A stretch of DNA of 64,000 nucleotides from Styela clava (Eukaryota), in the NCBI RefSeq assembly GCF_964204865.1, contig NC_135251.1, positions 16,244,001-16,308,000 of the forward strand, read 5' to 3'. Shown here one piece after another: positions 12,171 to 26,462 of the stretch. Below the pieces are notes generated by a model. The model searched no databases. It was not told the origin of the DNA and saw only the letters and a list, made by a program, of their open reading frames with translations. A program made the translations under genes and the position numbers. Position 1 is the stretch's first letter, and each line of letters opens with the position of its first letter.

Positions 12171-13331
12171 ATCCCCAGTGGTCGGATGAATATCAGATGT
12201 ACTACTACTGCTCGCTTTTGCGTTCAGTAACCTTTCCATAGTTTTTTTCAGTTATTATTAGTTTAGTTATTCTAAAGAGGTGTTGAAAACTATAAGTACG
12301 GCAAGATATTAAACACTTGTATATCCTTACCATAAATAGCAATTTTAGTTGAGCACTAGCTCATAACACGTTGATAAATTGGTACGGTGCGGTAACTCCA
12401 AGAAAGGCTAGACCTAGAATAATAGGTCACAAACAACGATATTTTCTGGCTTACGTGAAATGTTTATGATTAATTTAATGACTCTTCTTGACTATTCAGC
12501 AGACTTATACTACTACTATATAGGCCACAGCATATTTGGAAATAGAAATTAATGGCTGTTTCTGTAATGCACAGTTGTGTGAAAGAGAAGAAAATAATCA
12601 ATTTTACTAATGTCGGTTGGTTTAAATCTAAATTCATAGAGTCGACAAGAACCTGGGAAGCAATGATAAGTTATGCCGGGAAGGAAAGAAAGAAAGTAGC
12701 ATTGGAAACGATTTAGAGGTGAGAAACCAAGTTGTAGACAGACAGTTGATGTTTTAAAATATAGTCTATAGTCCATACTCATACTGTCATAGGGCATTTC
12801 AGACTGTGATATATCATAATTTAGTGGAGATATAGTCTAGTAATGGTATGCAAACACTGCTGGACTGTAGTACATGCAATGAGCATATATACGCTCATTG
12901 AGTACATCAGATAAAATGCATTATGTATTCAAGGTATTAGTTAGTATTTAGTGGTATTTTTACACTCATGCTGTTCCAAATATGATTTTCTTCCTCATTT
13001 TAGATACTGTACTATAAAAGAAAACGGCAATGTTTCACCAATCCGACCTAACGCAGGCTCTAATCCCTGCTGCTATCAGTGCTATAAAATGGATTAAACA
13101 AGAAGTCTTGAAGAGTATAGATATATGAGAATCATAATAGTTGCAAACAGCTTAGATGGGCTATTCATATTGAAATACTTTAGCACTTTTCTGCAATTGA
13201 AACTGCCCATCAAACTCATGTTGGAGACTTCATTGAGGTTTTCAATTAATTTTTTCTCAACTATGAAGATCTTTTGAGGTTAATGAGGCATTAATAAATA
13301 AAGCTGAGGAATTTGTTTGTTCACTGTAGAC

Positions 13332-14203
13332 CAGGGGTTCCCAAACTTTATTGGACGCGGGCCAAATTTAGAATCGGGAGAATGTTCGCGGGCCGGAAGA
13401 GTTTAGCGCCCGAAAGTTCGCGGCGGTTTAGCTGGGGTTCAGTGGATTCACTTCCATTTGACATTTTTTGCAATCTGTTTGTTTGACTCACAATGGCGCT
13501 TTATGTCGTATTCCTTCAGAACTGGAATATTTCATTGGCAAGAAAGACAAATCGCTGAAGTTTGATTCTTTGCAATACGAAAATATGAAAGCTACCATTT
13601 ATCCCGGAAACGTCTATTTGTAAAGTCTAGTTTTGTTTGTTTCTTTGACATCTGTAAGCTTTCTTATATGGCTGATAACTTAATTACTGCTCTTTGTAAT
13701 CCTACCGTGTTTCCCTGAAAATGAGACCAATCCCGTAAATAAGACCTAGCCTGAATTTTAAGAATGATTATAATATAAGCCTCACCGTAAAATAAGACGT
13801 ATAGTCAGTAGCACCTAGTCGATAGCAGGAAATCTCCCATACACGTTGTAAATGATTAATTTAACAAGTGTGAAAGAGGAATACGTGCCATTTAAGTAAA
13901 TGGATATTGGTTTTCATATTTTTTATATTTGAAAATCTTTGTAATTTTTTTTTGACTCATGAAAATAAAAGACACGCCCCGAAAATAAGCCCTAGGTATA
14001 TTTTTCGAAAGAAAATTGAAATAATCTGTTCTATTTTTGGGGAAACATGGTAATACCGGTACGTATTATTGAGATATCGGCATATTTGAATTGTTACGCG
14101 ATAAACACATGCTTAAACTGTGGTAATGACATAACAACATCGTTTTACTCAAGTTCGGCGGGCCATTTTAAATTGTTACGCGGGCCGGATTTGGGAACCC
14201 CTG
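13332..14203. mobile_element. hAT-type MITE nested in the Academ-like element
   Basis: TIRs CAGGGGTTCCCAAA/TTTGGGAACCCCTG; 8-bp TSD CTGTAGAC. Confidence 0.9.
13705..14050. mobile_element. Tc1/mariner-type MITE nested in the hAT MITE
   Basis: TA|CCGTGTTTCCC...GGGAAACATGG|TA with internal aaataagac repeats; a related copy lies at ~53100-53470. Confidence 0.8.
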
Positions 14204-15337
14204 CTGTAGACTATGGGGATATGAAGAATGTAAATGATACCAGGGGCCAGGGCATGTCTATTTAACACTGACAAACATAAGGATTCACTGAAGAAGCATG
14301 TGGCCCTCAAATCAGTTCTTGAGTTGGCAAACTGCAAGTGTAAGAAAAATAGTCAAAATAATTTATGCAAGTGTGCCAAAATCAACTTAAATTGCACAGA
14401 TTTTTGTTTTTGTACTGCAAAAATCACAGTACACTTATATAGGAAAAGTCGATTTTCGAGAGTGGATTTCGAAAACAATTCAGAGGAAAGTGAATTAGAT
14501 ATTGCAGTTGATTTATTAAGTAGGGCCTATCATTTTTTTTTCGGACATTTGTTAGTGTCGTAGTTCTGTTTCTAGAAATAATATTGCCTTTGTTCAAATA
14601 CATAACCACATAAACTGAAAAAAGACTAATTGTTATATTTCTGTTCACTATGTTATGTACATATTGTACATTCATTTAATTTTCTTGACTTTTCCGTTAA
14701 ATTTCTAAGTGAGAAATAACTGATTTATTTGTGTTTTCGTGCTCACGATGTTAATTTGTGACTTCATTGCTCAAAAATGATTACGTTTGATAGCTTCTAT
14801 AAAAAGGATGTAGCTTTTTATGCTGTTCTTGTTGTAAACTGCTTGTGGTTATTACATAAAATTTATTCGCTAATGTGAATCAGCGTTGTTGGTGTCGCTG
14901 CTTTCGAGGTCACTCGCGACTCCTGTCACACAATTAAAGTATTTTTCGTAATCTACCTATTAAATTATGATTGACTGAGGAAGTCCGATTTTGATAGGAA
15001 AAACATTACTGGAATACATTTGTGTTAGTGTGCTGTAGGGCTCTCGAATTGCATAGTTTTTATGTATGTGTTGTAAACTTATGGTTATTGAATTTCCGGG
15101 AACCTCTTATATTCAATTTTGCATCAGGATTGTGGAACAAGCTGTAATGAGTTCAGTATGTTCATTTTCACACAAAATTGACGAATTTATTTAGTTACCA
15201 GATGTGCGCTACGAAACTCATTTTCTGGGCGTTTTCAAGGCTTCGTCTCACGGCCCATATCGGTGGTAAAGATCTGCAAGTGTTTAATAACTTACTTATA
15301 CATTTTTTAAACAACGTCTCAGGATAACTCAACTAAT

Positions 15338-15752
15338 AACAAGAGAGCTACGCACAAATATATGGACACGTCAGACCAGAGCGAATCAGTCCTTACCGGT
15401 ACCTTTGACGCTACCGGTACCCTCAAAAAAGTTCTGAATTTCCAGTAGCAAGAATTTTGCAGAATCAAAACGTACAGCCAGTCATGACACTGACTAAAAT
15501 CCGTGTTCCCATGGATAAAAAATGATACAGCAAAATTTTAGACGAAATATCAAATTTCATAGAATTCACGCAAAATTTTGAAATAAATAAAAGTAATAGC
15601 CTTCTAGCGAAAAAATTAATCTTTAACCACTGAAAATTTCAAAGCAATTGGTCCAGTATTCGAAGAAAAAAGCGACTTTTTAAAAACGTGTCAAAGAACA
15701 AGAACAACAACATAATATTGAAACGATCGTTATGTCCACTACGTGTCCAATA
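15338..15752 (+). mobile_element. Non-autonomous interspersed repeat with subterminal inverted repeats (possibly Helentron/HINE-like)
   Basis: Starts AACAAGAG, with TGGACACGT near the 5' end and ACGTGTCCA at the 3' end. It interrupts the right Academ-like TIR; a homologous copy lies at ~46220-46593. Confidence 0.55.
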
Positions 15753-16478
15753 ACTAAACAGGGCTATGGAAAGGCTGCCCAACTCAACGCAAGGTCGAGC
15801 AGTAATAACTAATATTCATCCGCTCGCTAACAGCTGATTCGATTCAATTGTGACGTCATGCAGAAGTCATTGCCGAAAATGTAGAGAATATAGGACAGAT
15901 CGTAGCACATATTTCTTGCAGTAAAAGCGTCTTTTCCATAAAACGTGCAACTTTTGGAAGTGGCAAAGCAATATTTGTTACTAAATTTTTAAGGAACATT
16001 TTAAAATCATTTTCAGGTAATTACCTGATGTGCGCTACGAAACTCACTTTCTAGGCGTTTTTCAGGGCCTCGGCTCGCGGCCTATTTGTAGTATTTGACA
16101 ATTGTATTCAGCATTTGAAATATAAAAATTTATAATTGAAAAAAAATCATAAATGTGCGAAGTGTCAGTTGACAACTGTTGAAGATTTCTCTCAAGAAAA
16201 TTATTTTCTGAGCGATCTTTTTATTGGATACTAACATAACAAAGACGGTGTTTTTAAGTTTTATTCAAAAGAAAAGGTAACACTTGAAAAACATGACTAT
16301 CATTAGGTAAGTTAATGTGCAAGTAATAATAGAATGAATTATCTATCAACCTATAGTTAGTATTGGCAGCTGGCAGGGCAATTTATTTAAACACCACAAT
16401 GTTAAATGGCAAAAATTTGTTAATAAGTGCATTTAAAGGGGTAAATTGGTACAAAGGGTAATGCCATTTACATGGTAT

Positions 16479-19400
16479 TTACTGAGAAATGGCCAAAGTA
16501 ACTTCAGTCGACATTGCCTCAGAACTGGAGTCAACCAGCAAAGGCAGTATAGCCTTATAACTGTGCATCTTACAGATGCCAGAGTCATCCTGGCAGTAGT
16601 ATAAAACACTTTCAATGAAAATGTTAAGCTGAATAGAATTAATGCCTTTCGGCAATGGCTCGAGTTTGCTAACATTAAATGAATAAACACCTTTTCCGGA
16701 TATGTTAAAGTTTTCAGACTGAAGAAGATAAATTAAGTTAGGACTTTTGTCAAAACTGTAACTTATTTGACACACAGACGGAGCATCTGGATTCAGATGA
16801 AAACCAGGGCATGTAACACTGATATTGATCGTTCCGTTGTAATTGACAATTCTCTGATCCAATATAATTGCATTGACTTTTTTACTGGTCAACGGTTTCA
16901 CTGACATTTTTATTGGTCCATCAAACTCATCAATTGAAAGGTTTTCAAAATACTTTTCAATATTGAAATCAACCTGAATTGTAGGAAAATTCGTATATTG
17001 AATTGAAACAAAGCCTTGAGGAAATGCAACAATAAATTTTATAGTAGCAATAACTTTGCTATGATTTCACATAAAAAAAGACTGTGAAAAAGTAGCTATT
17101 AAAGTTGAGTACTATGACAGCTATTTTAACAAGATGCATGTATGCAGCTTTACTCATATTTCACTATTACAAAAGGCATATCCTGATAGGCATAAGTTGC
17201 CGCTTTCAAAATGCGCTCATATTAGTAGGATAGGAGTCTTTGCATCGCAGCTGGAATTTGCATTGGTTTAGGTGTTATTAGGGCTAAGCAGAGTGTACCA
17301 ATCTTAGCTAGCCAATACCATACAAATCCTTGAAGTCCTGACAGAACCGGGACCTATTGTTAATTTAAGTGTCAACTAGATTTACTGCTACCATGACAAC
17401 TTACAGAATTTGTTTCTTCACTGCTCAGTGAAATAACTTTAATTTTGTGATTGTTCGTGTCAGCTATATACAAATTCTCACAAGCTGGATCGCATGCAAG
17501 CCCACTTGGCTCATTGAGTATCAAATTTTCCCTTCCATTACCTGCCATGGTTTTACATGTTTTTTCTTTCGGATTGAGAATCTTTATCTGAAAAAAAAAA
17601 TAGGAATTCGGATCTTAAATTTCTTATGCAGGGTGACTGAAAAAACAGGACCCATAAATTTCCTGATTACTGCTATGAAAATGAAGAAAATACAAACTTG
17701 AACTTCTGTTTGTGTATGATTGTATTCCTCTATAATGCTCCAAATGACATGGATTCTGTTTTTCATTTTGGTCTGTATTACACCTATATTTCTTTTTCAA
17801 AACTGTGTTACGTTTGTGATTGATATTAGATATTCAGAAGCAAATTACCATCTAATATAAATTTCAGAGAAAAATGTTGAATATAGTTGATATATTCATG
17901 GCATGACATGATACATTTATAATCCGAGGAAGTAGAGATGAGAAACAACCTCCCTGAATTAAAATTTATCCATGAATTAAAAATATCGTTTATCCCACAT
18001 CAATTTTACAATTTTAGAACATTTTACTCAAAAATGCCTTTTTTTAAAATTTGTACCTTATGATTATATGTATCTGCGATGTATAATAAATCCCGCTTAT
18101 GATCCCATGCTACACCTATAGGATGTTGAAGTTTTGCTTCTCTACCTTTACCATCAGTATCACCATATGAAAAGAGATTCTAAACAACATCAAAAATCAT
18201 TAAAAATGAACAAAATGAATGAATAAAAATGATTCCAAGCACCAGTAGCATTTTTGATATATTTGTACCTCATTATAATTATTTAAATAACATTGATGTA
18301 ACAAAAAGTAAAAATTTCAATTGGCTAACACTAACAGTCGAACTTAGAAAAAAAAATGGCCGTTCATTATATACATATGAACAGGTCTCAGCAAGAGATT
18401 GATAAAAATTGGAAAATGTAAGTTTAGTGCCTTAAACAAGGCCATGCCAATCAAATAATAAGTAAACTAGTTTTACTGCTTATAGATATTTCCAACAAAC
18501 ATACCATGGGGTCGATGTCTCCCCCTACAAGGCCCTGAACAGCTCCATTTGTAAGATTTATTCTTCTGATGGTGCTGCTTTCACTGTCTGCTACATATAA
18601 TGTGTGACATTCTTCATTCAAGGATAACCCACTTGGCTGGGCAAAACCTGCCTGTAAAAATAGTAATTCATTTCATAGCGATATTTTTCTAATAGTTTGC
18701 TCACAACATTATATGTGAAAATGCGTACTTTTTAATAATGGGGTGAATAAGTGTCCATTAATCACATTTAACTAACCCATCTACCATGATACATACGGGT
18801 ATATTATTATATATACCTACTTTGTGTGGATAACTGTTGTTTCTGTTTTCTTCTTTTCCATTCCCGGCATATCTAATACAAGTTCCCATTTCTAGTTCAG
18901 CTCCTGTGATGTATCAAATGAATAGTACTTACATACAAATTCAGCAATTTAAATTATTTTAGAGAAGTCTACAGAACTTTTGGTGATCAGTTAAGCAGAA
19001 GATAATGTCAAAGCAGATTTAACAACACTAAGAAAACAAAAAATAGAGTTTTTGAGTTGACTGTGAATCAAGAAGTTCATACATATAAACAGAGATTCCA
19101 TCGATCTGGAACCCAAAATAAGGCCGAATTTCTGCATTGTGAGCAGAAATATTTGGCTTTACTATGGCCTCCAGGTTAATGTCACAATTACAGACGTCAC
19201 CGTGTGCGAAGCACTCACCCTTCAAGCTTCGTTTAACTTTTAATTCTTTCCCGTACTCATCACAAAAAATGTTCTTACATTTGCTCATTTTTAAATTTAG
19301 GCTAAAATAACCATCACCACGACAAAACCTAAGGATCGCCACACTAACAATGCTTCATGCCTATCTGTGCCTTGCTTCTTTGTGTTTCAAATAAGATTGT

Positions 19401-22400
19401 GCTTTTTTTTTTAATGCCACAATAAAGTTTTGACGATAAAACAAACAACACAAAGCTTTCTTTATGAAGTCAAAATAAGGACACGCAAGCCAAAAATAAG
19501 GAAGCAAGCTAAAAATAAGTCAAAAATGAGGACAAATCTTAGAAATAAGGATGGTATGGAATCCCTGTATATAAATGAAAACAGCGTCACAGCAGTACTG
19601 TTTGGGTGATATCTTGCTAACATTTTGACCCATTTATACTAGACCTGAAACAAGTTTTGAAACTAACTATGTTGAAGTTTTTACATACCTTTTTGATAGT
19701 CTGTTGTTTTTAGACAAAACGCCCAAATTTGATGAGACCCCGACATTGCAATATACAAAATACTTCGTCCATCTGGAAATCGAGGGCTTCCTCCTACAAT
19801 GACATCCCATGGTGAACTGATTGGCTGTTCTAATCCCTGTGCACCTCCTTCTAAATCATGCCCTTGAACACCAGTCCCAGCTACTGTCACAACTCTTTTC
19901 ACTATTAAATCAATCTAAATGTACACAGTGTTCCTATTTGTTGTTGAAAGTAAAAAAAGATATTGATACCGGTATATGTAGGACAGAGACCTGAGTCAAA
20001 ATTATGAAATGCCCAGAGCTTCCAAAGTCGAATTGCTTCAACTGAAGCCTGCTTGCTAATGCCAAATTTCACTAATAATTTGTGATTGGAGCCAGTTGAC
20101 ACTGGAGTCCTGAGCAAGACTACAGATTACCATCTCACAACTTTGAGTCATAGTTGTATGATGCTCAGCTACACATCCATGACAAAATATGGGATTATCA
20201 AGTCAACTAAATATAAAAGTCACAAAACAATTACCGGTACACTTTATATAATGTTGAGTTTAGATATATTGACATTGCATCTAATATTCTTCAAACATAT
20301 TAGCCTTAAAAAGTTGAAATAATAGACCAAGATTATGTACTCTATTCAATTTTGCTATTAAAATAATATCAAATCTAACACAGTGTTTCATAAATATAAG
20401 CATTACCTTTCTGATGCTATGATTGTTGCAATCGGCCACAAACACTGTATTTTTTCCATGCCATGCGATACCTTGAGGTGAATTAAACTTGGCGTTATCA
20501 AAAATTCCATCAACGAAACCAGAACCTTCGCCACCAATAATGTGACAAATTGAACCATTTAATGATGATATGATAATTCTGTTGTTACCACTGTCAGATA
20601 TTGCCATTCTTTCACCTGAGACGAAAATAAAATGGAAATTTTAATTAATTTAATTCCCCTCCTCACCCAAGATATAATATATTGGGTAGGCAATGACAAA
20701 CCGTAAAGATATCAGTCCTTTCAAAATAATAGAAGCTCTATACATATTGTTAGATGTTTGTGGCTGCTTTTATGGGGACTTCTGCAGATTCAAATTACCT
20801 GCATCATCAATCGCAATCTTGCCAGGAAAACGTAGTTTCGTTTTGTCAGTTCCAGTTTGTATGCTACTGTTGTCCAGGTATGTCAACTTTGAAAGTGGGG
20901 ATTTATTAAGAGCATTTCTTAAATTATAAAATGTTAAAGACACGTCAACAAACATTTCTACATAAGATGTATGAGATTCTCCTGGTATAGAGAAAAGCAC
21001 CTGAAATAGGAATAAAAACTAATGGAAGTTGAAGGTGAATAAAAGTGAAGCTGTTGAATTTTATCTAACCTCTTCACAACATCTCTCAAAATAGACCTTA
21101 TTCATTAAAAACCCATCCTACGCGCAAAAAATAAAAGTGATGTAAAAAATTTTTTTTAACATTAGCTCTTATGGGAAATGTGATCACCAGAGCAGAAATT
21201 TGCATTTTTTGTAATTTTCTAGATATCTTTCATTGTATACGTGAGCAGTTTTGAGGATAGGATATTTTTTACATCTTTTTTGATATTTTTATCATGATAA
21301 ACATGGTCAAGATTCTTGATATCGTTCATTAAAATTTTAATGAGCGTGGTGTTTCCGATGACGTCATTATCACTAGACCATGAGATTCTGCCAACGCGCC
21401 GTGCTCTGTGGGATATGCGCTGCAGATGCGGCCCTAATGTCGCTTTGGGTCCGTGTCCGTCCGGTACTGGAAGCGTTTAACATTGACAATCTATAACCCG
21501 TACCATTTCTATCACGTTTGTTTACTGGTTTTACGCATATATACAGCTGTACAGCTAGCAATCATTTACTGAAGGCATGCTGACGTGTTATTTAAACTAC
21601 CGGTACCGTACCAAGGCTGCAAGAGGTGAAAACTAAATTATTTAGTAAATACTGAAATAGGCCTACGAACAAAAATGTTGGCCATCTTGCCAATAGGCAG
21701 GACAAGTTGTACGCTACCGGTATACAAAAAAGATGAATATCTCCAACCTATAATGGTACAATACCGGTCTCGTAACTAGGTTAAAAAAACATGACTGAAT
21801 ACGAGAGGGAGATTTATTTTGTCAACCAGAATACAAGCATTGAATCAATAAAAATCATATACAAAACACAGTTATTCGGTATAGACTGGGGAGCGATACG
21901 ACCATCACAGTCAACTCCCCCCTGCCCACCATGTTTGCTATCAAGATTAACAGTTAATTAAGATGTTTTAACAAAAACTCCTCGGAGGAAGGGTTGACTA
22001 AGTTACGGAATATTTTTGGATTCGGTTAAAAATGTAGTCCATTATTAAACACTGCTTTTTTTGTAGATTTTCACTTAGTGGACACTTAGCAAGTACGACA
22101 GTTAATTTATAAAAAAAAATTGTAAATTAATAACAAGTCAGCTCGGGTATTCAAACATGCGATGATTGAAGTAAGAAAAAAATTTGAAGTCACGTTTAGG
22201 ATATTACATTAAACAACAATGGAAAAGGTACATTGGAAGCAGTCAAGCTTCAAATGCTAATGGCATTAATGAAAAGAATATGCGAAATGAAGACTGAAGT
22301 TTTCATCTGAGACATTGGAAGATGCTAAAACCTTATAGACTTGATAGTGTAGAAAGCCTTCTCACAATGCAGTAATAATGGGACATATATTTATAATATC

Positions 22401-24753
22401 ATTATACAGGCTTTAAGTTGAACTATATGTTTAATTAAAATATCTATCTTTGCTAATAAATGCTGAAAACCATTTATTTCAATCTGCTGAGTGATTAGAG
22501 CCAGAAATTTGCTGTAGGGACCATCACCAGGGCTGAATTTACCAATAGGCTAGGCAGGCTGAAACCTAGAGCCTCGAAATTCGGTTTCAAAGTTTGTAAT
22601 TCTTTTGAAAACTTGACAAGTTTAAACCCTACAAAAAGTATATATATATATCAAGCTTTTCAGAGTAGAAAATTCTGTACACAACTAGTTTCAACCACAT
22701 TGTAAACAGCCATTATTGCGTCGTTTGCATCATAATAAGGGAAATTATTATTATGCGCATTCTGCTGGAAGTTTCTATGTTAACGTATGGCTGTAGCGGT
22801 TGTTTGATCAAAGAAATTGAAAGCAAAACTGCCTCAAGTAAATTATCATCCTTTTAATTAAAAATTCACATCCATGAATGGGGAGAATGAAAAGTTTAAT
22901 ACTTTCATATTTTTGAATTTTAAGCAATTAAATGTGGTGTTGTTTAGAGAGAAATTCTGAGCGCAAAAATATGAAGGGGCCTCTCATGGTCTAAATCCAG
23001 CCCTGAACATCACCAATTTTGGGATAGGTACCGTACATGGTAGGTACCGTCAACATATGAACTGAGTTAGGCTATTGGATTTTGAAAGGTGTACCAGAAA
23101 TGTACATACAGAATTCATGAAATATATAACATCCAATTAAAACCAAAATAGGTCTTTCGTTGAACGCCAGTTGTGGTCCCGGTACCGGTATTCTGGTATC
23201 ACAAGCAGTTGGAGCACATATCCCACAGAGCACGGCGCGTTGGCAGAATCTCATGATCTTGGGAGAATGACGTCATCGGAAACACCGCGCTCATTAAAAT
23301 TTCAATGAACGATTATTAAAAATCTTGACCATGTTTATCATAATAAAAATATCAAAAATGATGTAAAAAATATTCTATCCTCAAAACTGCTCACGTATAC
23401 AATGAAAGATATCTAGAAAATGACATAAAATGCAAATTTCTGCTCTGGTGATCACAGTCCCCATAATAGCTAATGTTGAAAAAAATTTTTCACATCACTT
23501 TTCTTTTTGCGCGTAGGATGGGTTTTCAATGAATAAGGTCTATTCCTTATTTCATATTCATACGACAAACAATGTACCACAAATGAATGCTGTATGTAGC
23601 TCACTGGTATTGCTTTTCCAGCATAAATATATTATTAAAGGGAATGCATATACCTGAATGCTGAATTAACTCTACATTGAAACAAAAATAAAATAAATCA
23701 CATCAAATATAAATTAAAAACATTATGCTTAATTACCTTTCCGCTGGGACTAATAAGTATTAAAGTTGGCCAACATGTCACACCAAATTCTTCCCAGATT
23801 TTAATTTCACAGTCATTGACAACTGGATGTAGAATATCATTTCGAAAAATTGCACTGTTTATGTTTTCATCCATCTAGTGATACAATAATGAAAATTATG
23901 AAGTGAACGTGAATAATGAGTTTCTTCTTCAATAAATTTAATAAGTATCTATCTTATAAATGCTAAAATTATGTTTCTCACAAGTTTTCTTGCTAGTGAG
24001 CTACTGGGTTGACAGAAAAAAGTCATTGAGTAATATTATTACTTACCGTAAGAATGTTTTTTGATATAAATGTAGTAACAATAATACATATTGAGAGATT
24101 TCATTGTACCTTTTCATTTGGAAATTTGGCTGAGTGTATTCCCACTACTAAAAACCCTGAAGTCACTGGATGGCTTTTCTCCAAGTTATGTAAAAATGGC
24201 ATAATGTGCATACAATTTATGCAACAATATGTGAAAAAGTCCATCAAAACTAACTTTCCAGAAAAATCGTCAAGCTCAAGTGAACGATTGGTGTTGATCC
24301 ATTTGCAATCTGCAAGATATTAAAACATTTGCATCGGTTGAATGAAACTGGTTATGGTTTGATTTTTCTGTATTTTTGTACAGAATAAGAAATTTAAAAA
24401 AACAAAACAATGATATTTTACATTAAATCATTTAATTAATTAACAAATATCTTATAAGTTTTTTGAAAGAAAATCAGGAATCAAAAAAGCTAATAATTTT
24501 CTTCCTAACCTATAAATATGAAGAATAAAAAATTGGCATTATGGATTTAGGATAGGAGAGGATTTACATGCTCTCCAATAAAATGAAATTTCTCACCTTT
24601 AAATAAATTAGATGACCTTGATATTTTATGCCATGCAGAATTATTTTCCACTTCGTCTAAGAATTTCTCCAAAGTTAGTTTCTTTATACTTATATCCTTC
24701 TCTTGTTCCACCCGTCCCATAAGAAGCATGCTGGCAGTTTCTATTGACTCCAT
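16479..24753 (-). CDS. NHLRC2: NHL repeat-containing protein 2 (thioredoxin-like + NHL propeller), 11 exons, ~720 aa
   Basis: Exons 24753-24597, 24309-24110, 23874-23737, 21000-20799, 20615-20407, 19914-19689, 18903-18821, 18651-18505, 18179-18057, 17587-17405, 16973-16479; all GT-AG and phase-consistent. Motifs [58 protein letters not shown]. Confidence 0.95.
21090..23544. mobile_element. Foldback-like element with ~340-bp TIRs in NHLRC2 intron 3
   Basis: 21090-~21430 (AATAGACCTTATTCATT...) is the near-perfect reverse complement of ~23215-23544 (...AATGAATAAGGTCTATT). Confidence 0.88.
22528..23005. mobile_element. hAT-type MITE nested in the foldback element
   Basis: TIRs CAGGGCTGAATTTA/TAAATCCAGCCCTG; TSD ACCATCAC/AACATCAC. 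Confidence 0.8.
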
Positions 24754-26462
24754 TTTAATATATAACAACAACTTTATAATAATAAGTACCGGTATATTTT
24801 GATTTTCCGAATGTAAACTGAATGAAAACACCCGCACAGGAAAACAAGTTAGAATATCAGGGTGAAAATTGGTGATTGCTGGAATGCATTGCGAGATTGC
24901 GTGAACATTTCTTAAGTTTTTTCTTAACATTCCGCGATGTTTCTCTCATAACTCTCATTGAGCCAACTCAACTTGCCGCGTATTAGTATTATGTTTAAAA
25001 ACCTTTCTACACCGCGAACAGGTAACATTAAAAAAATGTAGTCTACTGATGGACCGGCAACGAAATATTGACATGAATAGAGCAAAGATGCATTGGTTGA
25101 TAAAATAACGCAGATAAATAAGATTAATTCACAAAAATGTACTAGGTTAGGCAGGTAAAATAAACAATTTTTTCTAATAGTCGAACGGCGAATTTTGTTT
25201 TACCGGATGAGGAAAAGGGGGTTCGCAATATGGCTCTCCTCTGGATAAATCTGTAAATGGGAAAATATTACCATATTTATCAAGTTTTATGCGTTCACCG
25301 CCGGTTTTATCGATGGAAGAAAAGACGCCCAGGTACAGAGAAGTGCGTATTGTTTACCACACGGTCAAAGTTGTTGGTTTCGAGTAGATCAAATTCATAA
25401 ATGTTGCGATATTGTCCCTGTCCAGCCGGAATGAAACAATACAGTATATATTTAATATGTTTCAACGATATACGCGATTACTCAGTAAAGTAATTTTTGA
25501 GCATGGAACGGAAACATGCATTCGTACTTCATTCTAGGATTTTTCGGATTGTTTGTTTACATGCCGCATAACACGCACAGCGGGCATTTAGTTTTGTTTT
25601 TGAAAAAATTGCACACAACCTGATTACAAAGTGAAACGCCTGAGTAATGACGGCCGTGAATATTCATGTTTATTTGTTTGTGTTTGTGACTTGTTTTCTT
25701 CCTTCTTCGGTGAGTGAACGCGTTTAATACGTTTTAAACTTATTTTATTAGGTTTTGTTCACTTTCCAAATTCTTCGTCTTAATCTTTCGTGTATACCGG
25801 TATATGTTTTTGTTTTTTGCGAATATATCGAAATGAAATCTTATCTAAGTTGCTATGCTAATAAACGCTGTTTCGCTGTCAAGAACGGTCATCTTGCCTG
25901 TGCGCTGGCCTCTGCAAGTCGTGCGACACGTTTCACGCAAGGTCAGAAACGCGAAAAGTATAAGCGGAATTTTTAACTGCATTATTTACGGCAATCGTAC
26001 AAATATTTTTCTGAATTTTCAGTCGTGGGGATCGGTACATAAAATAATAATAATAGAGTAAATTTAAAAATAATAGAGACAGAGGGTTAAGATCTACGTT
26101 TCTCATTATTACATTGCTGTATTTCTTTTTTATCGCTGGGTCAGTAGCTTGAGATTGTAGCAGTTATTACCCCTACAGTCCTCATGTAGTAGTACCTAAT
26201 AGTATAGTATAGGATTATCACTTATAGAGACTCTTTGAAATTGTTCTGTTCTTTTTGAACATTCATTCTTTCACTCGATCACGGTGAAAAGTGCCACTCA
26301 TTTTTTCTTGGCTTTATAGGCATTCCTGTTATATGATTTGTTTGTTTCATTGAGTGTTGTGTATTCAGATTGTCGAAATAAATTGTATTAGTGTAGAAGT
26401 ACATCAAATGGATGTTGTATACTGAGCTCAGGAGATATCATGCCAATTACAGAAATTCGAAA
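24754..26462. promoter_or_regulatory. Probable bidirectional promoter region (NHLRC2 / ALKBH4-GCSH-SUCLG2)
   Basis: Head-to-head start codons 1.7 kb apart; locally CpG-richer. No specific element identified. Confidence 0.5.

Larger units (their letters stand above)
11758..16084. mobile_element. Decayed Academ-like DNA transposon (long TIRs, TAG...CTA termini) carrying nested insertions
   Basis: Termini TAGGCCGCGAGCCGAGGC / GCCTCGGCTCGCGGCCTA. Several hundred bp of inverted similarity (11758-~12320 vs ~15265-16084), a TTT 3-bp TSD, and an internal Cys-rich remnant SVLELANCKCKK...CKCAKINLNCTDFCFC at ~14310-14415. Confidence 0.65.

Noticed and set aside
19028-19342. 104-aa Cys-containing ORF in an NHLRC2 intron
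   Set aside because: Short, and adjacent to a hAT-like terminus (ATCCCTG near 19567); probably a transposon remnant and not assignable.
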